A stretch of DNA of 64,000 bases, taken from the sequence record PZ452595.1; one strand, given 5' to 3'. Origin of the DNA: a phage. A program made the translations under genes and the position numbers. This document shows positions 54,664 through 64,000 of the stretch, piece after piece. The notes under the pieces were generated by a model, which made no database searches, had not been told where the DNA came from, and was given only the letters and a program-made list of their open reading frames with translations. The number at the start of each line of letters is the position of its first letter. Positions within the stretch are counted from its first letter, which is position 1.

Positions 54664-54864
54664 ATGGTACAAAAATTAATGGCACTTGTTGATGCCATAA
54701 AAGGTAATAAGAAACGTATAGCTTTTACTATTTCTGCTATGGTAGGAATTTTACTCTGGAACTTTATTCTATCACCTGTTGCGATTGCACATGGTATTAA
54801 TATTCCAGTAGTTACTCTTGATACATTCGTAGATTTAGCATTTGCTTTAGTTGGGTTAATTTAA
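54664..54864 (+). CDS. small two-helix membrane protein, divergent from gene 56
   Basis: 66 aa plus-strand ORF (MVQKLMALVDAIKGNKKRIAFTISAMVGILLWNFIL...); AAGGAGGA 5 nt upstream of ATG; stop overlaps the gene 61 stop convergently. Confidence 0.4.
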   Translation: MVQKLMALVDAIKGNKKRIAFTISAMVGILLWNFILSPVAIAHGINIPVVTLDTFVDLAFALVGLI

Positions 54865-55889
54865 ATCTTGGCATATTTAGATAGCCGCATTTTAGCCATC
54901 AACCCCTGGGCAATATTATTTTTCATATATTCCATAATTTGTTCAGTGGTTGCACCTTCCTTTCTAATCATATCATTAACATCTTTTGATTTCCAGGGAG
55001 ATTTATCCCAAAACATAACCCTTTCTCCTGCATCAACTAATTTAGTCATTCGCTTAATAGTGTCAGGATGACGAGGTTCATTATCTAAAACCCACACACG
55101 TCTATCTTTAAATGGAACAACTTCTAGGTCTAATTGACCACCCGTAATAGCTATACCATTTTCAATAAAAAGTGAATCTATAGGTCCTTCTAGAACATAT
55201 ACATCACCATCTTTAACTCGTTCTACTCCATAGATTTTTGTTGCCTCAGGATAAGCTTTGATGGTGATATATTTTTGAGGAGCATCTTTCTTTAATGCAC
55301 GTCCTTGAAAAGACTCAGCTTTTCCATTAGCATTATAAATTGGAATAACAAGACGAGGCTCAGAAATTTCCTTTTTATATGTTCCCGGTGCTATACTATT
55401 AACTAATTTAGGCCATTCGGTTGTAAACCAAAGATATTTCCATTTATCCTTTGGAATACAACGAGCTTTTACGTATTTTATAATTGGATGGTCTTCCGCC
55501 AGTTTATCTAATCTAACACATGACGGAAGAGATTTAATTATTTTCTTTTCAGGTTGTTTAGGAAGTTCTTTAAGTTTTTCTACTGGACGGCTTTTACCTT
55601 TTTCTTTTCTTATTTCAAAGATATACTCACGATATAAATCAGGTTCAAACTCCTTTAAATATATTCCGATTGGTGCATGATAGTTACAGTTATAACAATG
55701 AATATTTCCTTCATTATTATCACCATAATACCATCCACGAGCTTTATTTTGGTCGGTTTTTGAATCTCCACAAACAGGGCATCTAAACCGTAATTTAAAA
55801 GTTGAACTATTATTTACTTGTGTGAATTTAGGTAAATGGGCTAATGCACGGTATGCAAACTCATTATCAATCCAAGGTATTGATGACAT
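54861..55889 (-). CDS. 61: DNA primase gp61
   Basis: 342 aa; N-terminal zinc ribbon CPVCGDSK…CYNC and Toprim region; same length as T4 gp61. Confidence 0.95.
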   Translation of the reverse strand: MSSIPWIDNEFAYRALAHLPKFTQVNNSSTFKLRFRCPVCGDSKTDQNKARGWYYGDNNEGNIHCYNCNYHAPIGIYLKEFEPDLYREYIFEIRKEKGKSRPVEKLKELPKQPEKKIIKSLPSCVRLDKLAEDHPIIKYVKARCIPKDKWKYLWFTTEWPKLVNSIAPGTYKKEISEPRLVIPIYNANGKAESFQGRALKKDAPQKYITIKAYPEATKIYGVERVKDGDVYVLEGPIDSLFIENGIAITGGQLDLEVVPFKDRRVWVLDNEPRHPDTIKRMTKLVDAGERVMFWDKSPWKSKDVNDMIRKEGATTEQIMEYMKNNIAQGLMAKMRLSKYAKI

Positions 55890-55891
55890 TT

Positions 55892-56056
55892 TTACTCTTC
55901 TTTTTCTTTAGATTCCTCTTTTTTCTTTTTAGGAATCTGTTCAGGACCTTTATTTACTACAGCGCCTGATGTTGTTCCAGTAGAGATATTTTCAGGATTA
56001 CCACCTGAATCTCCAGCGACCATATCTTCTTTGATAAATTCTTTATATGTTTTCAT
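55892..56056 (-). CDS. small hypothetical protein (61.1 position), not in ORF track
   Basis: 54 aa hand-translated (MKTYKEFIKEDMVAGDSGGNPENISTG...); stop 3 nt before the gene 61 ATG. Confidence 0.4.
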   Translation of the reverse strand: MKTYKEFIKEDMVAGDSGGNPENISTGTTSGAVVNKGPEQIPKKKKEESKEKEE

Positions 56057-56057
56057 A

Positions 56058-56684
56058 TTAACCTCTATTCATAAAAGCATTAAAAATTTGGTCATCAATA
56101 GAAACATTTACTTTAGACTGTTTTTCAGATGGCAATTCATATCCACATATTACAATTTTATGATCAATATCAAAATACACAGAAGCAATATGATTAATGA
56201 TATTTTCAGTGAAGTCTAAATCAACATCAATGTCTTTTTGACCAAAGCCCAAAGGATAAATAATGCGAGTAATTCGATTATCTTTAACAAAGATTCCACC
56301 GACATACTCTGTGCTGCGTTTAAAGTCTACACGCCGACGAAATGAAAAATATTCAGGCTCTTTATGAGCTCGGCTCATAGGGCACAACGAATAACTAGAA
56401 TAAGAGATGTCAAATCCTACGCCTTCAATATGAACTAAATTGTCATGATTAAACCAATTATAATCGTATGCCAAGTCCATTAGATTGTCATATGTGAAAG
56501 GCACCGGATTAACATCATTGGTCACAAGCATATAATTAGCAACTGCTATAATTTCATTATTTTTAACGAATACAAACCGTGATTGATGCGAATGGCCTGG
56601 ACCTGCGTTTTCACGATTAATGATATAACACTGGGCACCTTTATATGTGTACGTGTCTTTACACTTGTGCATTTGATAAAGCAT
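56058..56684 (-). CDS. hypothetical protein (61.2 position)
   Basis: 208 aa, ATG start, overlaps the sp stop. Confidence 0.6.
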   Translation of the reverse strand: MLYQMHKCKDTYTYKGAQCYIINRENAGPGHSHQSRFVFVKNNEIIAVANYMLVTNDVNPVPFTYDNLMDLAYDYNWFNHDNLVHIEGVGFDISYSSYSLCPMSRAHKEPEYFSFRRRVDFKRSTEYVGGIFVKDNRITRIIYPLGFGQKDIDVDLDFTENIINHIASVYFDIDHKIVICGYELPSEKQSKVNVSIDDQIFNAFMNRG

Positions 56685-56977
56685 TATTCACCTACCACTT
56701 CAGCGATGATATTTTTATTATTAAAGTTTTTATCACAATACAGAACATAATTATACTGCATTACACCACCAGACTTAAGCTGTTTTTGCACTTCAGCTTT
56801 CATTTCAGGGCGATCGCGCTCAACGATATTCATAATATCTGCTTCAATTTGAGTTTCAACCTCAGTCTGATCTGCCGTCATAGACCATTCGCACAAATCT
56901 TTATCATAACCTGCCATAGCAGGCTGAGCAGCACAAGAAGCTAAAGCAAAAATTGTAGCAAAGATAAATTTTTTCAT
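56684..56977 (-). CDS. sp: Spackle periplasmic superinfection-exclusion protein
   Basis: 97 aa with cleavable signal peptide MKKFIFATIFALASCAAQPAMA; GAGGAG upstream; position (61.3) between 41 and 61. Confidence 0.7.
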   Translation of the reverse strand: MKKFIFATIFALASCAAQPAMAGYDKDLCEWSMTADQTEVETQIEADIMNIVERDRPEMKAEVQKQLKSGGVMQYNYVLYCDKNFNNKNIIAEVVGE

Positions 56978-57037
56978 GATAATCTCCTCAGTAGTTTATG
57001 TTTATATAGTATCTCAATTTCCAACAAAAGTAAACAG

Positions 57038-57295
57038 TTATTTTAAAATTTCTGCGTAATCACATGTTACAAACTGTTTCTCTAGCTTAACGATCTTACG
57101 AAAATACCTTTTACACTGACGAATCTGTCGCTTCGTAGGACGTACAGCAAACTTAATAAATTCCACTCGACCAAATGGAGGACTTTCTTCTGCTGGAATA
57201 TCTAACACCAATTCCCACGTATCTGCAATAAGTGCTTTAAATTGTGTATTTTTCCTGACGTTATACGGAGTAGGTTTAAATAAAACAATATGCAT
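57038..57295 (-). CDS. hypothetical basic protein (61.4 position)
   Basis: ATG at 57295 preceded by GAGGA, 2 nt after the dmd stop (85 aa); longer track frame would overlap dmd by 38 nt. Confidence 0.5.
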   Translation of the reverse strand: MHIVLFKPTPYNVRKNTQFKALIADTWELVLDIPAEESPPFGRVEFIKFAVRPTKRQIRQCKRYFRKIVKLEKQFVTCDYAEILK

Positions 57296-57296
57296 A

Positions 57297-57479
57297 TTAT
57301 CCTCGGCAATCCACTTCACATACTTTCTTGTCATCAATGAAAGCTTTAACTAATGCTTTATTAACTTCAGCATACTGAGTAGTAGCCCATTGAACGTCAT
57401 CTTTCATCATTGTGGTTTCTTTAGTAAACATGCTTTCATTCTTAAACCACCCCATAAAAACTACCTTTACCAATTCCAT
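57297..57479 (-). CDS. dmd: Dmd, inhibitor of host RnlA/LsoA toxins
   Basis: 60 aa, MELVKVVFMGWFKNESMFTKE...; length and position just downstream of gene 41 match T4 dmd (61.5). Confidence 0.82.
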   Translation of the reverse strand: MELVKVVFMGWFKNESMFTKETTMMKDDVQWATTQYAEVNKALVKAFIDDKKVCEVDCRG

Positions 57480-57508
57480 AACAATCTCCTCATTTAACCA
57501 ACAAGACT

Positions 57509-57537
57509 ACTATACCATAGTCTCGTCAGCTTGTAAA
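57509..57537 (-). promoter_or_regulatory. T4-type early promoter upstream of dmd
   Basis: Minus sense GTTTACA, 17-nt spacer, TGG-TATAGT. Confidence 0.55.
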
Positions 57538-58965
57538 CTAAAATTTTAATTCATTCGCCAAAGCATCTAACTGAGCTCGAGTGGATTCATTTCTTTGATA
57601 GCGATTCTGCTCAGCCTGAATCTGTTGTGAACCTGCTACTTCGTTCACTTCAGTTGGAGTAGAATCTTGTTCAATTTCTACCCATTTCTGATTTCCCTTT
57701 TGAACACCCATCAAAAACTTATTCCACTTATTCTTATCACCATATCGTGATTTGATTTGCTTAATGAGTTGTTGTTCAGCAGCTGCTAGCTCCTCGGTTT
57801 CAATGACCGCAAGCATAAAATCAGCTGTCGCTGGAAGACCAGCAGATTCTGCGATATCACTCATGTTAACATCAGAAGAATCCCAAGCTTGTTTGCCGAC
57901 CTGCGCTGCAGTCCAAAGAACAGTTTCGGTTTCAACAGCCAAAGCACGCAATTCCTCTGCAATAGCTTTAACAGTTGTGTAACTATTTTCTGAATAAACT
58001 CTAATACGGCAAGATTTACAAATACCAAGATAGTCGACAATAATGATTGTTGGAACAAAATTCTTCTTGAGCTTCAATTCGTTTAAAAGTGATCGAAATG
58101 TATTAGCATCTGCTCCACCAGTAGGATACTGTTTAACGATTAAACGCCCGAGAGTAGATTTCTCGCGCCATTTTTCCATTTTTCCTTTATACTCAGCGTA
58201 AGAAATATGCCCATCATCAATATCATCAAGAGAAACATCAAGCATATTAGCATCAATACGCTTAGCACAGACTTCTTCTGCCATTTCCATGGAAATGTAA
58301 AGAACGTTATGACCAAGCTGCAAATAATCTGCTGCCAATGAACACAATCCTAATGACTTACCAACGTTAACGCCAGCCATTAAAACGTTCAGTGTTCCAG
58401 TCTCAGCTCCGCCTTTAGTAATTTTGTTTAGAATTCTGAGTTTAAATGGAACCTTACGAGCTTTATTCATATAAGATAGCCAACGTGCTTCGTAGTCATC
58501 CATCCAGTCATGACCAACGTAGCTATCAAATGAAATTGATAATGCTTGCCGCATAATGTCAGGAATAGCACCAACATCCGGCATTTTCTTATTTCGTTTT
58601 TCCGGAGGAAGCTCAGCATTAGTTTGAATTTCGATTATTTTAGATGTAGCATTAAACATCGCCCTTTGCTGAACATATTTTTCTGTTTCTTTTACTAACC
58701 AGCTGTGGTCTTCCGGAGAATCAGCCAGTTTTGAAATAAGTGTTTTTACACCAGAATATTCTGTTTCAGTAAATGAACTATTTTCTAATGCAACATTTAA
58801 CGCATTAATAGATGGAACGCTATGATACTCATTGACATGAGATTTAATTAATTTGAATGTATTTTTAGCTGGACCACTTTCAAAATATTCTGAATCCATA
58901 TATGGCCAAACTTTTGAAAAATAAGCTTGATCAAATATGAGATGAGAAAGAATAATTTCTACCAC
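57538..58965 (-). CDS. 41: replicative DNA helicase gp41 (DnaB family)
   Basis: 475 aa; Walker A GVNVGKS; start codon is GTG preceded by AAGGAG with no nearby in-frame ATG; same length as T4 gp41. Confidence 0.94.
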   Translation of the reverse strand: MVEIILSHLIFDQAYFSKVWPYMDSEYFESGPAKNTFKLIKSHVNEYHSVPSINALNVALENSSFTETEYSGVKTLISKLADSPEDHSWLVKETEKYVQQRAMFNATSKIIEIQTNAELPPEKRNKKMPDVGAIPDIMRQALSISFDSYVGHDWMDDYEARWLSYMNKARKVPFKLRILNKITKGGAETGTLNVLMAGVNVGKSLGLCSLAADYLQLGHNVLYISMEMAEEVCAKRIDANMLDVSLDDIDDGHISYAEYKGKMEKWREKSTLGRLIVKQYPTGGADANTFRSLLNELKLKKNFVPTIIIVDYLGICKSCRIRVYSENSYTTVKAIAEELRALAVETETVLWTAAQVGKQAWDSSDVNMSDIAESAGLPATADFMLAVIETEELAAAEQQLIKQIKSRYGDKNKWNKFLMGVQKGNQKWVEIEQDSTPTEVNEVAGSQQIQAEQNRYQRNESTRAQLDALANELKF

Positions 58966-58974
58966 ACTTACTCC

Positions 58975-59319
58975 TTAAAAGAATTTAAATTTTTTCTTTG
59001 ACCTTTTATTAAATGCATCTTGTAGTTGCATTGTAATACATTTTTCTACATGAGGAGCTAACTCAGCTTTTCTTTCTTGGTCAAGAACAGCAAAGTCCAT
59101 TACAACCTTTCCATCAACCCAATCCAGTTTAGTTACATACACTATATGTGTAGAACCATCTTCTAGTTTAATGACAATCTCCTGGATAACATTTTCCATA
59201 GCAGATTTAATTATCTTAAGAGACTCATTAAAAAGACGTTCTTTTCTTTCTTCTTCCCCCTCCGAAGAGGGGGATTCATCGATAATTTCTAGATCTAAAT
59301 CTAAATCATCTTTATTCAT
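58975..59319 (-). CDS. 40: gp40 head vertex assembly chaperone
   Basis: ATG at 59319 (114 aa, MNKDDLDLDLEIID...); track frame adds 6 codons from a GTG. Confidence 0.7.
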   Translation of the reverse strand: MNKDDLDLDLEIIDESPSSEGEEERKERLFNESLKIIKSAMENVIQEIVIKLEDGSTHIVYVTKLDWVDGKVVMDFAVLDQERKAELAPHVEKCITMQLQDAFNKRSKKKFKFF

Positions 59320-60493
59320 TAAATTCTTCCATATCACTTAACTGATCTAGATCAGTTTCTAAATCAGCTGCTGATTTACTTTTACTTTCTGGAGATTTAA
59401 ATTTTTCAACCTTTGAGTTAATCAATTCATCAACTTCAGCTTCAACAATTTCATTACTATCAATAGCACCTAACTGATAAGCACGTTTAATAGCATCTCG
59501 GAATGGTTGATGCTTAAATAAAGGACCCCAGAATGTAGTGCAGTTGGTATCTTTTGCACGCCAAGATTTTTCTTCGCGAATCATCTCGCCGGTTTCTTCG
59601 TCAAGAAATTCACGAGCATACCAACCGTTCTTAGGTTTTACCACGAATCCTAATTCTAGAGCCATATCTAACAATCCAGAATAAGGATCGATACCACCGT
59701 CAAATTTAACATCAATAAAGAATTTACTTTTTTCTTTAACGGTACGAGATTTTTCTACATTTAGAACAAATTGATACCCCTGAAGATCAGAACCATCTTT
59801 AATCTGGCGTTTACCGATAATGAATACAGTATCAGCCGAATACATTACGCCTGTACCACCTGTCATCACGGTTTTACTAAACATTTCAATTGTTTCAATT
59901 GTATGGTTAACCGCAACACATGGAATATTTTTAATGCTAAAATAAGGAGTAACAATACGGAATAATGACTTCAGTGATTTAGCACGAGTCATATCTGCCA
60001 CAGATTTTTCATTCAAGGCATCTTCCGTTTCTTTCTTAGAAGCCATATTACCGATTGAGTCGATGAATACAATAACCTTTTCACCACGCTCAATAGCTTC
60101 AAGCTGATTCACCATATCAATTTTCAGCTGTTCAACTGACTGAATTGGCGTATGAATTACTCGTTCCGGGTCAACTCCCATGGAACGTAAATAAGCTGGA
60201 GTAATACCAAATTCGCTATCATAGAATAGACAAACCGCGTCAGGATATTTGTTCAAATATGCCGCAACCATAGTCAAAGACATATTTGATTTAAAGTGTT
60301 TAGAAGGCCCTGCGAAAATAGTTAAACCAGACTGCATACCACCATCAATCGCACCAGAAATAGCGATATTAAGCATTGGGATTTTTGTACGGATTACATC
60401 CTTTTCATTAAAGAATTTAGATGTAGTCAGTTCAGCAGTCATTTTAGAAGTGGAAGCTTTAATCAAACGGGATTTTAAATCTGCAATAGACAT
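59312..60493 (-). CDS. uvsX: UvsX recombinase (RecA-like)
   Basis: 393 aa; Walker A GPSKHFKS; acidic C-terminal tail; length and position match T4 UvsX. Confidence 0.94.
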   Translation of the reverse strand: MSIADLKSRLIKASTSKMTAELTTSKFFNEKDVIRTKIPMLNIAISGAIDGGMQSGLTIFAGPSKHFKSNMSLTMVAAYLNKYPDAVCLFYDSEFGITPAYLRSMGVDPERVIHTPIQSVEQLKIDMVNQLEAIERGEKVIVFIDSIGNMASKKETEDALNEKSVADMTRAKSLKSLFRIVTPYFSIKNIPCVAVNHTIETIEMFSKTVMTGGTGVMYSADTVFIIGKRQIKDGSDLQGYQFVLNVEKSRTVKEKSKFFIDVKFDGGIDPYSGLLDMALELGFVVKPKNGWYAREFLDEETGEMIREEKSWRAKDTNCTTFWGPLFKHQPFRDAIKRAYQLGAIDSNEIVEAEVDELINSKVEKFKSPESKSKSAADLETDLDQLSDMEEFNE

Positions 60494-60570
60494 TCATTTT
60501 TTCCATAGGCATCATTATATTTTCCTCACTGGTTAAAGATAGAGTAATTATAACACAATAAATTTAGGCA

Positions 60571-61413
60571 TTAATCAACTGCTATTGGATGAATAGCATT
60601 AAACTTATGAAATGCTTCTGATTTTTCTTTACGCGAAACACACATGCGAAGAACCTTTAATGGCTCATCTTCTTCACCCAACGATTTTCGTTTTTCAATA
60701 TTAGAAGTTTTCCAACGAGCTTGTTCTGGAAACTCTCTATTGATTTGCTCAAGCGCTCTATTATGTTTAGAATTACTACGAATTGAACTGCACCCGCCAG
60801 GAGCTTGTGCTTTTCCAGATACAACCAGATATTTGAACAAGGCCAAATGCGGATAACCTTGATTAATTAAATTGAGAAATGCATACATATCTTCGCATAA
60901 ATCAATTTTTCCATACCCAATTTGTTCTGTCGTAAGTTTTCCGAGGTCATACCATGTATTCGTGAATCCATATGAATTTTCACGATAATTACCCCAAGAT
61001 GAAGTAATTTTAAAAATAGGTAGACGAGCATGGCCATGATAATACCCGCAATCCATGGCATCTTCAACGTATTGAATCAATTCATAGAACTGTTCACGAG
61101 TTAATTGATTAACTTTATCTACGCAGCGACGATCATCTCTCTTTCGCATTGAACTCATACGAATAGTAGTATCATCGTCAATCATCCAGATTCGTTGACC
61201 TGCATACATATCAGTAATAGCTTTACGAGTACCGGCAATTCCATTTACATCATCAGGAATAGTTATAATTTTAGCTCTAGACCCATAGGCATCACAATAA
61301 GCTTTTTCTTCGTGTTCACGCACTACAATATGCGGTTCATAATCAGTCGGAAACATATCAAGGGCAGAAACTGCCCCAACACGCTGATAACTTGGAATTA
61401 CGAATTGAATCAT
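60571..61413 (-). CDS. HMC-DNA glycosyltransferase, GT-A type (candidate beta-alpha-glucosyltransferase)
   Basis: ATG at 61413 overlapping the gene 42 stop (ATGA), 280 aa; DxD motif in WMIDDDTT; sits at the uvsX-42 locus but is shorter than T4 beta-gt. Confidence 0.65.
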   Translation of the reverse strand: MIQFVIPSYQRVGAVSALDMFPTDYEPHIVVREHEEKAYCDAYGSRAKIITIPDDVNGIAGTRKAITDMYAGQRIWMIDDDTTIRMSSMRKRDDRRCVDKVNQLTREQFYELIQYVEDAMDCGYYHGHARLPIFKITSSWGNYRENSYGFTNTWYDLGKLTTEQIGYGKIDLCEDMYAFLNLINQGYPHLALFKYLVVSGKAQAPGGCSSIRSNSKHNRALEQINREFPEQARWKTSNIEKRKSLGEEDEPLKVLRMCVSRKEKSEAFHKFNAIHPIAVD

Positions 61414-62150
61414 TTCCACTCACCTTTATAGTCTTTTTTCACAATATGAGTTTCGCCAGTATTCCACCAATGATCAACCAAGTAAAAATGACGAGAATAT
61501 ACATGAAGACTTCCAACATTCCATATAATAGAACCTGCTTTATACTGACGAGTTGAATCGCCTGCATTCAAATCAGATACTAATTTATCTAATACGTATT
61601 TTTGCCATGCATAATCATTACGGAATCCGAAGACTACGTCATTTGAGCGCATGTTAACAACTGCATTGATTTTCTTGTCACGAATCAGGTATTGTACTGT
61701 ATTCGTACACATGAAATCTGACATACCATCTTTATTGTAGTCAAATTGCATAGATGGACGAGTATAAATCATGATACCACGTCGAGAATCAGGATTTTGA
61801 CCAAGTTCAGCTAAACACATATCATACTGAGCATAATTATCTTCTGACCAAATAGCCCAACCATAATTCGAGTTAATTTCACCTTTAGAAGATGCTACTT
61901 GTTGCCAAATCTTCGGTGTTTCACCCGGAATATCTTTAACGAACAAGCTCTTAGATTTATACCATTCAAGTTCACGCTGGATGTATTCATCATTAAGAGC
62001 GCCAAAAATAAACGGTTCATCTGCTACAAATGATGCGCCAATAATTTCAATAGTTTTAACGCCAGTTTTATCAACTACGAAATCTTTTTCTTTTAATGCA
62101 AGCCCCAAATGAAGACGGATTTCTTCAACTGTCATAGAGTCACTAATCAT
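61410..62150 (-). CDS. 42: dCMP hydroxymethylase gp42
   Basis: 246 aa, ATG start; thymidylate-synthase-like fold signature; same length as T4 gp42. Confidence 0.94.
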   Translation of the reverse strand: MISDSMTVEEIRLHLGLALKEKDFVVDKTGVKTIEIIGASFVADEPFIFGALNDEYIQRELEWYKSKSLFVKDIPGETPKIWQQVASSKGEINSNYGWAIWSEDNYAQYDMCLAELGQNPDSRRGIMIYTRPSMQFDYNKDGMSDFMCTNTVQYLIRDKKINAVVNMRSNDVVFGFRNDYAWQKYVLDKLVSDLNAGDSTRQYKAGSIIWNVGSLHVYSRHFYLVDHWWNTGETHIVKKDYKGEWK

Positions 62151-62303
62151 TTAAACCTCAATTGATACATTCATATTTAACTTGTAACAGTAATAAACTC
62201 CAACCTAAAATAATAGTTGGAATCATAAGAGGAACCGTTACACTATAGTATATACTTATTATAACCATCAAGATTAAAAGCAACACTGCTATAATTTTGC
62301 TTT

Positions 62304-62555
62304 TCATTCCTTCTCTCTGATGATAATTACTTGATTTGGCTGTGCAGACTTTTTAGTTTCACCCGCAATTGACCAAATAAATGTAATAAACCAACCAATA
62401 ATTGACCAGTTAAACAGCAAAGATGTGAAAAAGATTCCTACTGTCGATTTTGACCCACGCATCAAGGCGATGAACCATGGAAGCATGTATATAATAATAG
62501 CCAACACGCCTGAAACTAAAACCATAAAAATTGAACCTGTTACTAAAGTTTCCAT
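62304..62555 (-). CDS. imm: Imm superinfection immunity membrane protein
   Basis: 83 aa, METLVTGSIFMVLVSGVLAIIIYMLPWFIALMRG...; two TM helices; same length as T4 Imm. Confidence 0.88.
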   Translation of the reverse strand: METLVTGSIFMVLVSGVLAIIIYMLPWFIALMRGSKSTVGIFFTSLLFNWSIIGWFITFIWSIAGETKKSAQPNQVIIIREKE

Positions 62556-62562
62556 CTTTTCC

Positions 62563-62943
62563 TCACTTAGTCAAATTTTTTACGCATGAATTATAAGAAT
62601 TCACTACATACTCCATCGGAGCATTTTTACCAGTACGCCATTGGTAATTATTAGCCCAATTAGCCCAAATTTCGGCGCAGTAGTTTTCAATTTTTTCTTC
62701 GCGTGTAATTACATCCGAATTACGATATGCTTGAGCAGATTCATCTGGGCGAATAGCTTCGTCAAAATTCGCCTGCATTTGTTCTACTGTCTGTTTTGGA
62801 GCTTCTTTATAACACTTGACATTAGGATTATAAAATTTGCTTGAACAGTTTACAATTTTTCCTACATCAGACTGATTTACTACCGGTCCTTGAGCTACAC
62901 AACCAGTAAGACCTAATGCAATAACCAAAATAGCGATTTTCAT
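62563..62943 (-). CDS. putative lipoprotein
   Basis: 126 aa; signal peptide with lipobox LTGC (MKIAILVIALGLTGCVAQ). Confidence 0.55.
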   Translation of the reverse strand: MKIAILVIALGLTGCVAQGPVVNQSDVGKIVNCSSKFYNPNVKCYKEAPKQTVEQMQANFDEAIRPDESAQAYRNSDVITREEKIENYCAEIWANWANNYQWRTGKNAPMEYVVNSYNSCVKNLTK

Positions 62944-62955
62944 AATAATTTCCTC

Positions 62956-63207
62956 TTAAAACTTAACAAATAACTTTAAAGCATCTTCAGTTTTAATTCC
63001 TTTTCTTACACCCATAACAGAAATTGGCTGTGACTGAAATTTTCCTTTACCATTATAAATTTCTAATCCAGTCACCATTCCATTTTGTTCTATAATACCG
63101 TAAGTGTTACCTTCATTTTCAAATTCTTTAACTTTAAAGAGTTTATTAGCTTTTTCTGCATTAACAACTTTTAAATTTTGAATAAAATTAGTTTGAATAT
63201 TTTTCAT
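62956..63207 (-). CDS. hypothetical protein
   Basis: 83 aa, ATG preceded by GGAGG; early promoter 63236..63264 upstream. Confidence 0.5.
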   Translation of the reverse strand: MKNIQTNFIQNLKVVNAEKANKLFKVKEFENEGNTYGIIEQNGMVTGLEIYNGKGKFQSQPISVMGVRKGIKTEDALKLFVKF

Positions 63208-63235
63208 TTTGTGTTCCTCCGTAGTTGATAGTTGT

Positions 63236-63264
63236 ATAGTACCACAGAGGAACAGTCTTGTAAA
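63236..63264 (-). promoter_or_regulatory. T4-type early promoter
   Basis: Minus sense GTTTACA, 17-nt spacer, TGG-TACTAT; leader matches the one at 36397..36425. Confidence 0.55.
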
Positions 63265-63348
63265 CAGTTTTGTGAAAAAATTTTTAGGGAATTCTAAAGG
63301 TCCAGAATCATCTGTTTTTCATAAGTATAGATTTATATTACTTGTATG

Positions 63349-63370
63349 AAAAAGGGACCCGGAGGTCCCT
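63349..63370 (-). terminator. rho-independent terminator after gene 43
   Basis: GGGACC-UCCG-GGUCCC followed by UUUUUC in minus sense, directly after the gp43 stop. Confidence 0.6.
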
Positions 63371-63382
63371 AGATTTATTCTA

Positions 63383-64000
63383 TCAGCCAAACAGGAAGTC
63401 TAACGAAGCTTTTTCTTCATAGTCCATACCAGCCGATTCACACATACCCGCAAGCGGTTTAACAAACGATTTTTGGAACAAAGTTGAGTAGTCAATCCAA
63501 GACAGTACATCAGAACGAATTTCTTTTGGAAGTTCTGTGCCCGACGGCCAAGCAATGCACTTGTCACCAAATGGATTTCCTTCACGCAATGGAAGAACCA
63601 TTACCTTATTTCCATCCAAAATTGGAGCTACACCCAGACCACTAACAGCTCGACGATAAGTTAGCACACCACGAATATGGAACGGGCATTTAAATCCTGG
63701 CCAACCTTTATCATCATATTTCGCTATATCGTTCGCAGTTTTTACTTCAGCAATAACTTTATAGTCAAGTTGACGATATTCTTTCTCGAAGTTCTTGTAA
63801 TATTCTTGGACAGACTCTTCGCCTTCCTGAAGAATACGACGAATACTTTCTTCGAGAGCTTCTTGCACTGCTTTTGGTGTTGAGCTCTGCTGAGTTTCCA
63901 TACCCATGATTTTTAGATGTGGTTCAGCAAATCGCTTATCTTCCATATCATAAACGTTCAGAGCATAACGCTTTTTCGCTTTCCAAAATCCACCGACGCC
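63383..64000 (-). CDS. 43: DNA polymerase gp43, C-terminal part (5' end beyond window)
   Basis: Minus-strand frame open to the window end, ending ...ASLDFLFG (clamp-interaction tail); downstream of imm and 42 as in T4. Confidence 0.92.
   Translation of the reverse strand, partial: GVGGFWKAKKRYALNVYDMEDKRFAEPHLKIMGMETQQSSTPKAVQEALEESIRRILQEGEESVQEYYKNFEKEYRQLDYKVIAEVKTANDIAKYDDKGWPGFKCPFHIRGVLTYRRAVSGLGVAPILDGNKVMVLPLREGNPFGDKCIAWPSGTELPKEIRSDVLSWIDYSTLFQKSFVKPLAGMCESAGMDYEEKASLDFLFG

Overview
This window is a contiguous stretch of a T-even (T4-like, Tevenvirinae) myovirus genome, AT-rich and densely packed, and I found no previously undescribed system in it. Gene order follows T4 from the 30.x/rIII block through cd, pseT, alc, rnlA, denA, nrdB, nrdA, td, frd, 32, 59, 33, dsbA and rnh (all minus strand), then the plus-strand late block 34-35-36-37-38-t, then minus-strand asiA, arn, motA, 52, ndd, denB, rIIB, rIIA, 39, motB, dexA, dda, srd, modA, modB, soc, 56, 61, sp, dmd, 41, 40, uvsX, a glycosyltransferase, 42, imm and the 3' end of 43. 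Calls rest on reading the supplied translations against remembered T4 protein lengths, N-termini and motifs plus synteny; no database search was run. The alleles are T2/T6-type rather than T4-type: gene 39 is unsplit, td and nrdB are intronless, no homing endonuclease genes are present, gp38 is a polyglycine adhesin and gp37 carries a C-terminal chaperone module. The most unusual local features are a 68-aa ORF inserted between frd and td, a 56-61 interval that lacks dam and holds a divergent small membrane ORF, a hairpin-split ribosome binding site before denA, and a repeated family of early promoter and terminator cassettes. No tRNA, CRISPR, integrase or transposase was seen. Hand-indexed coordinates of short motifs may be off by 1-2 nt.
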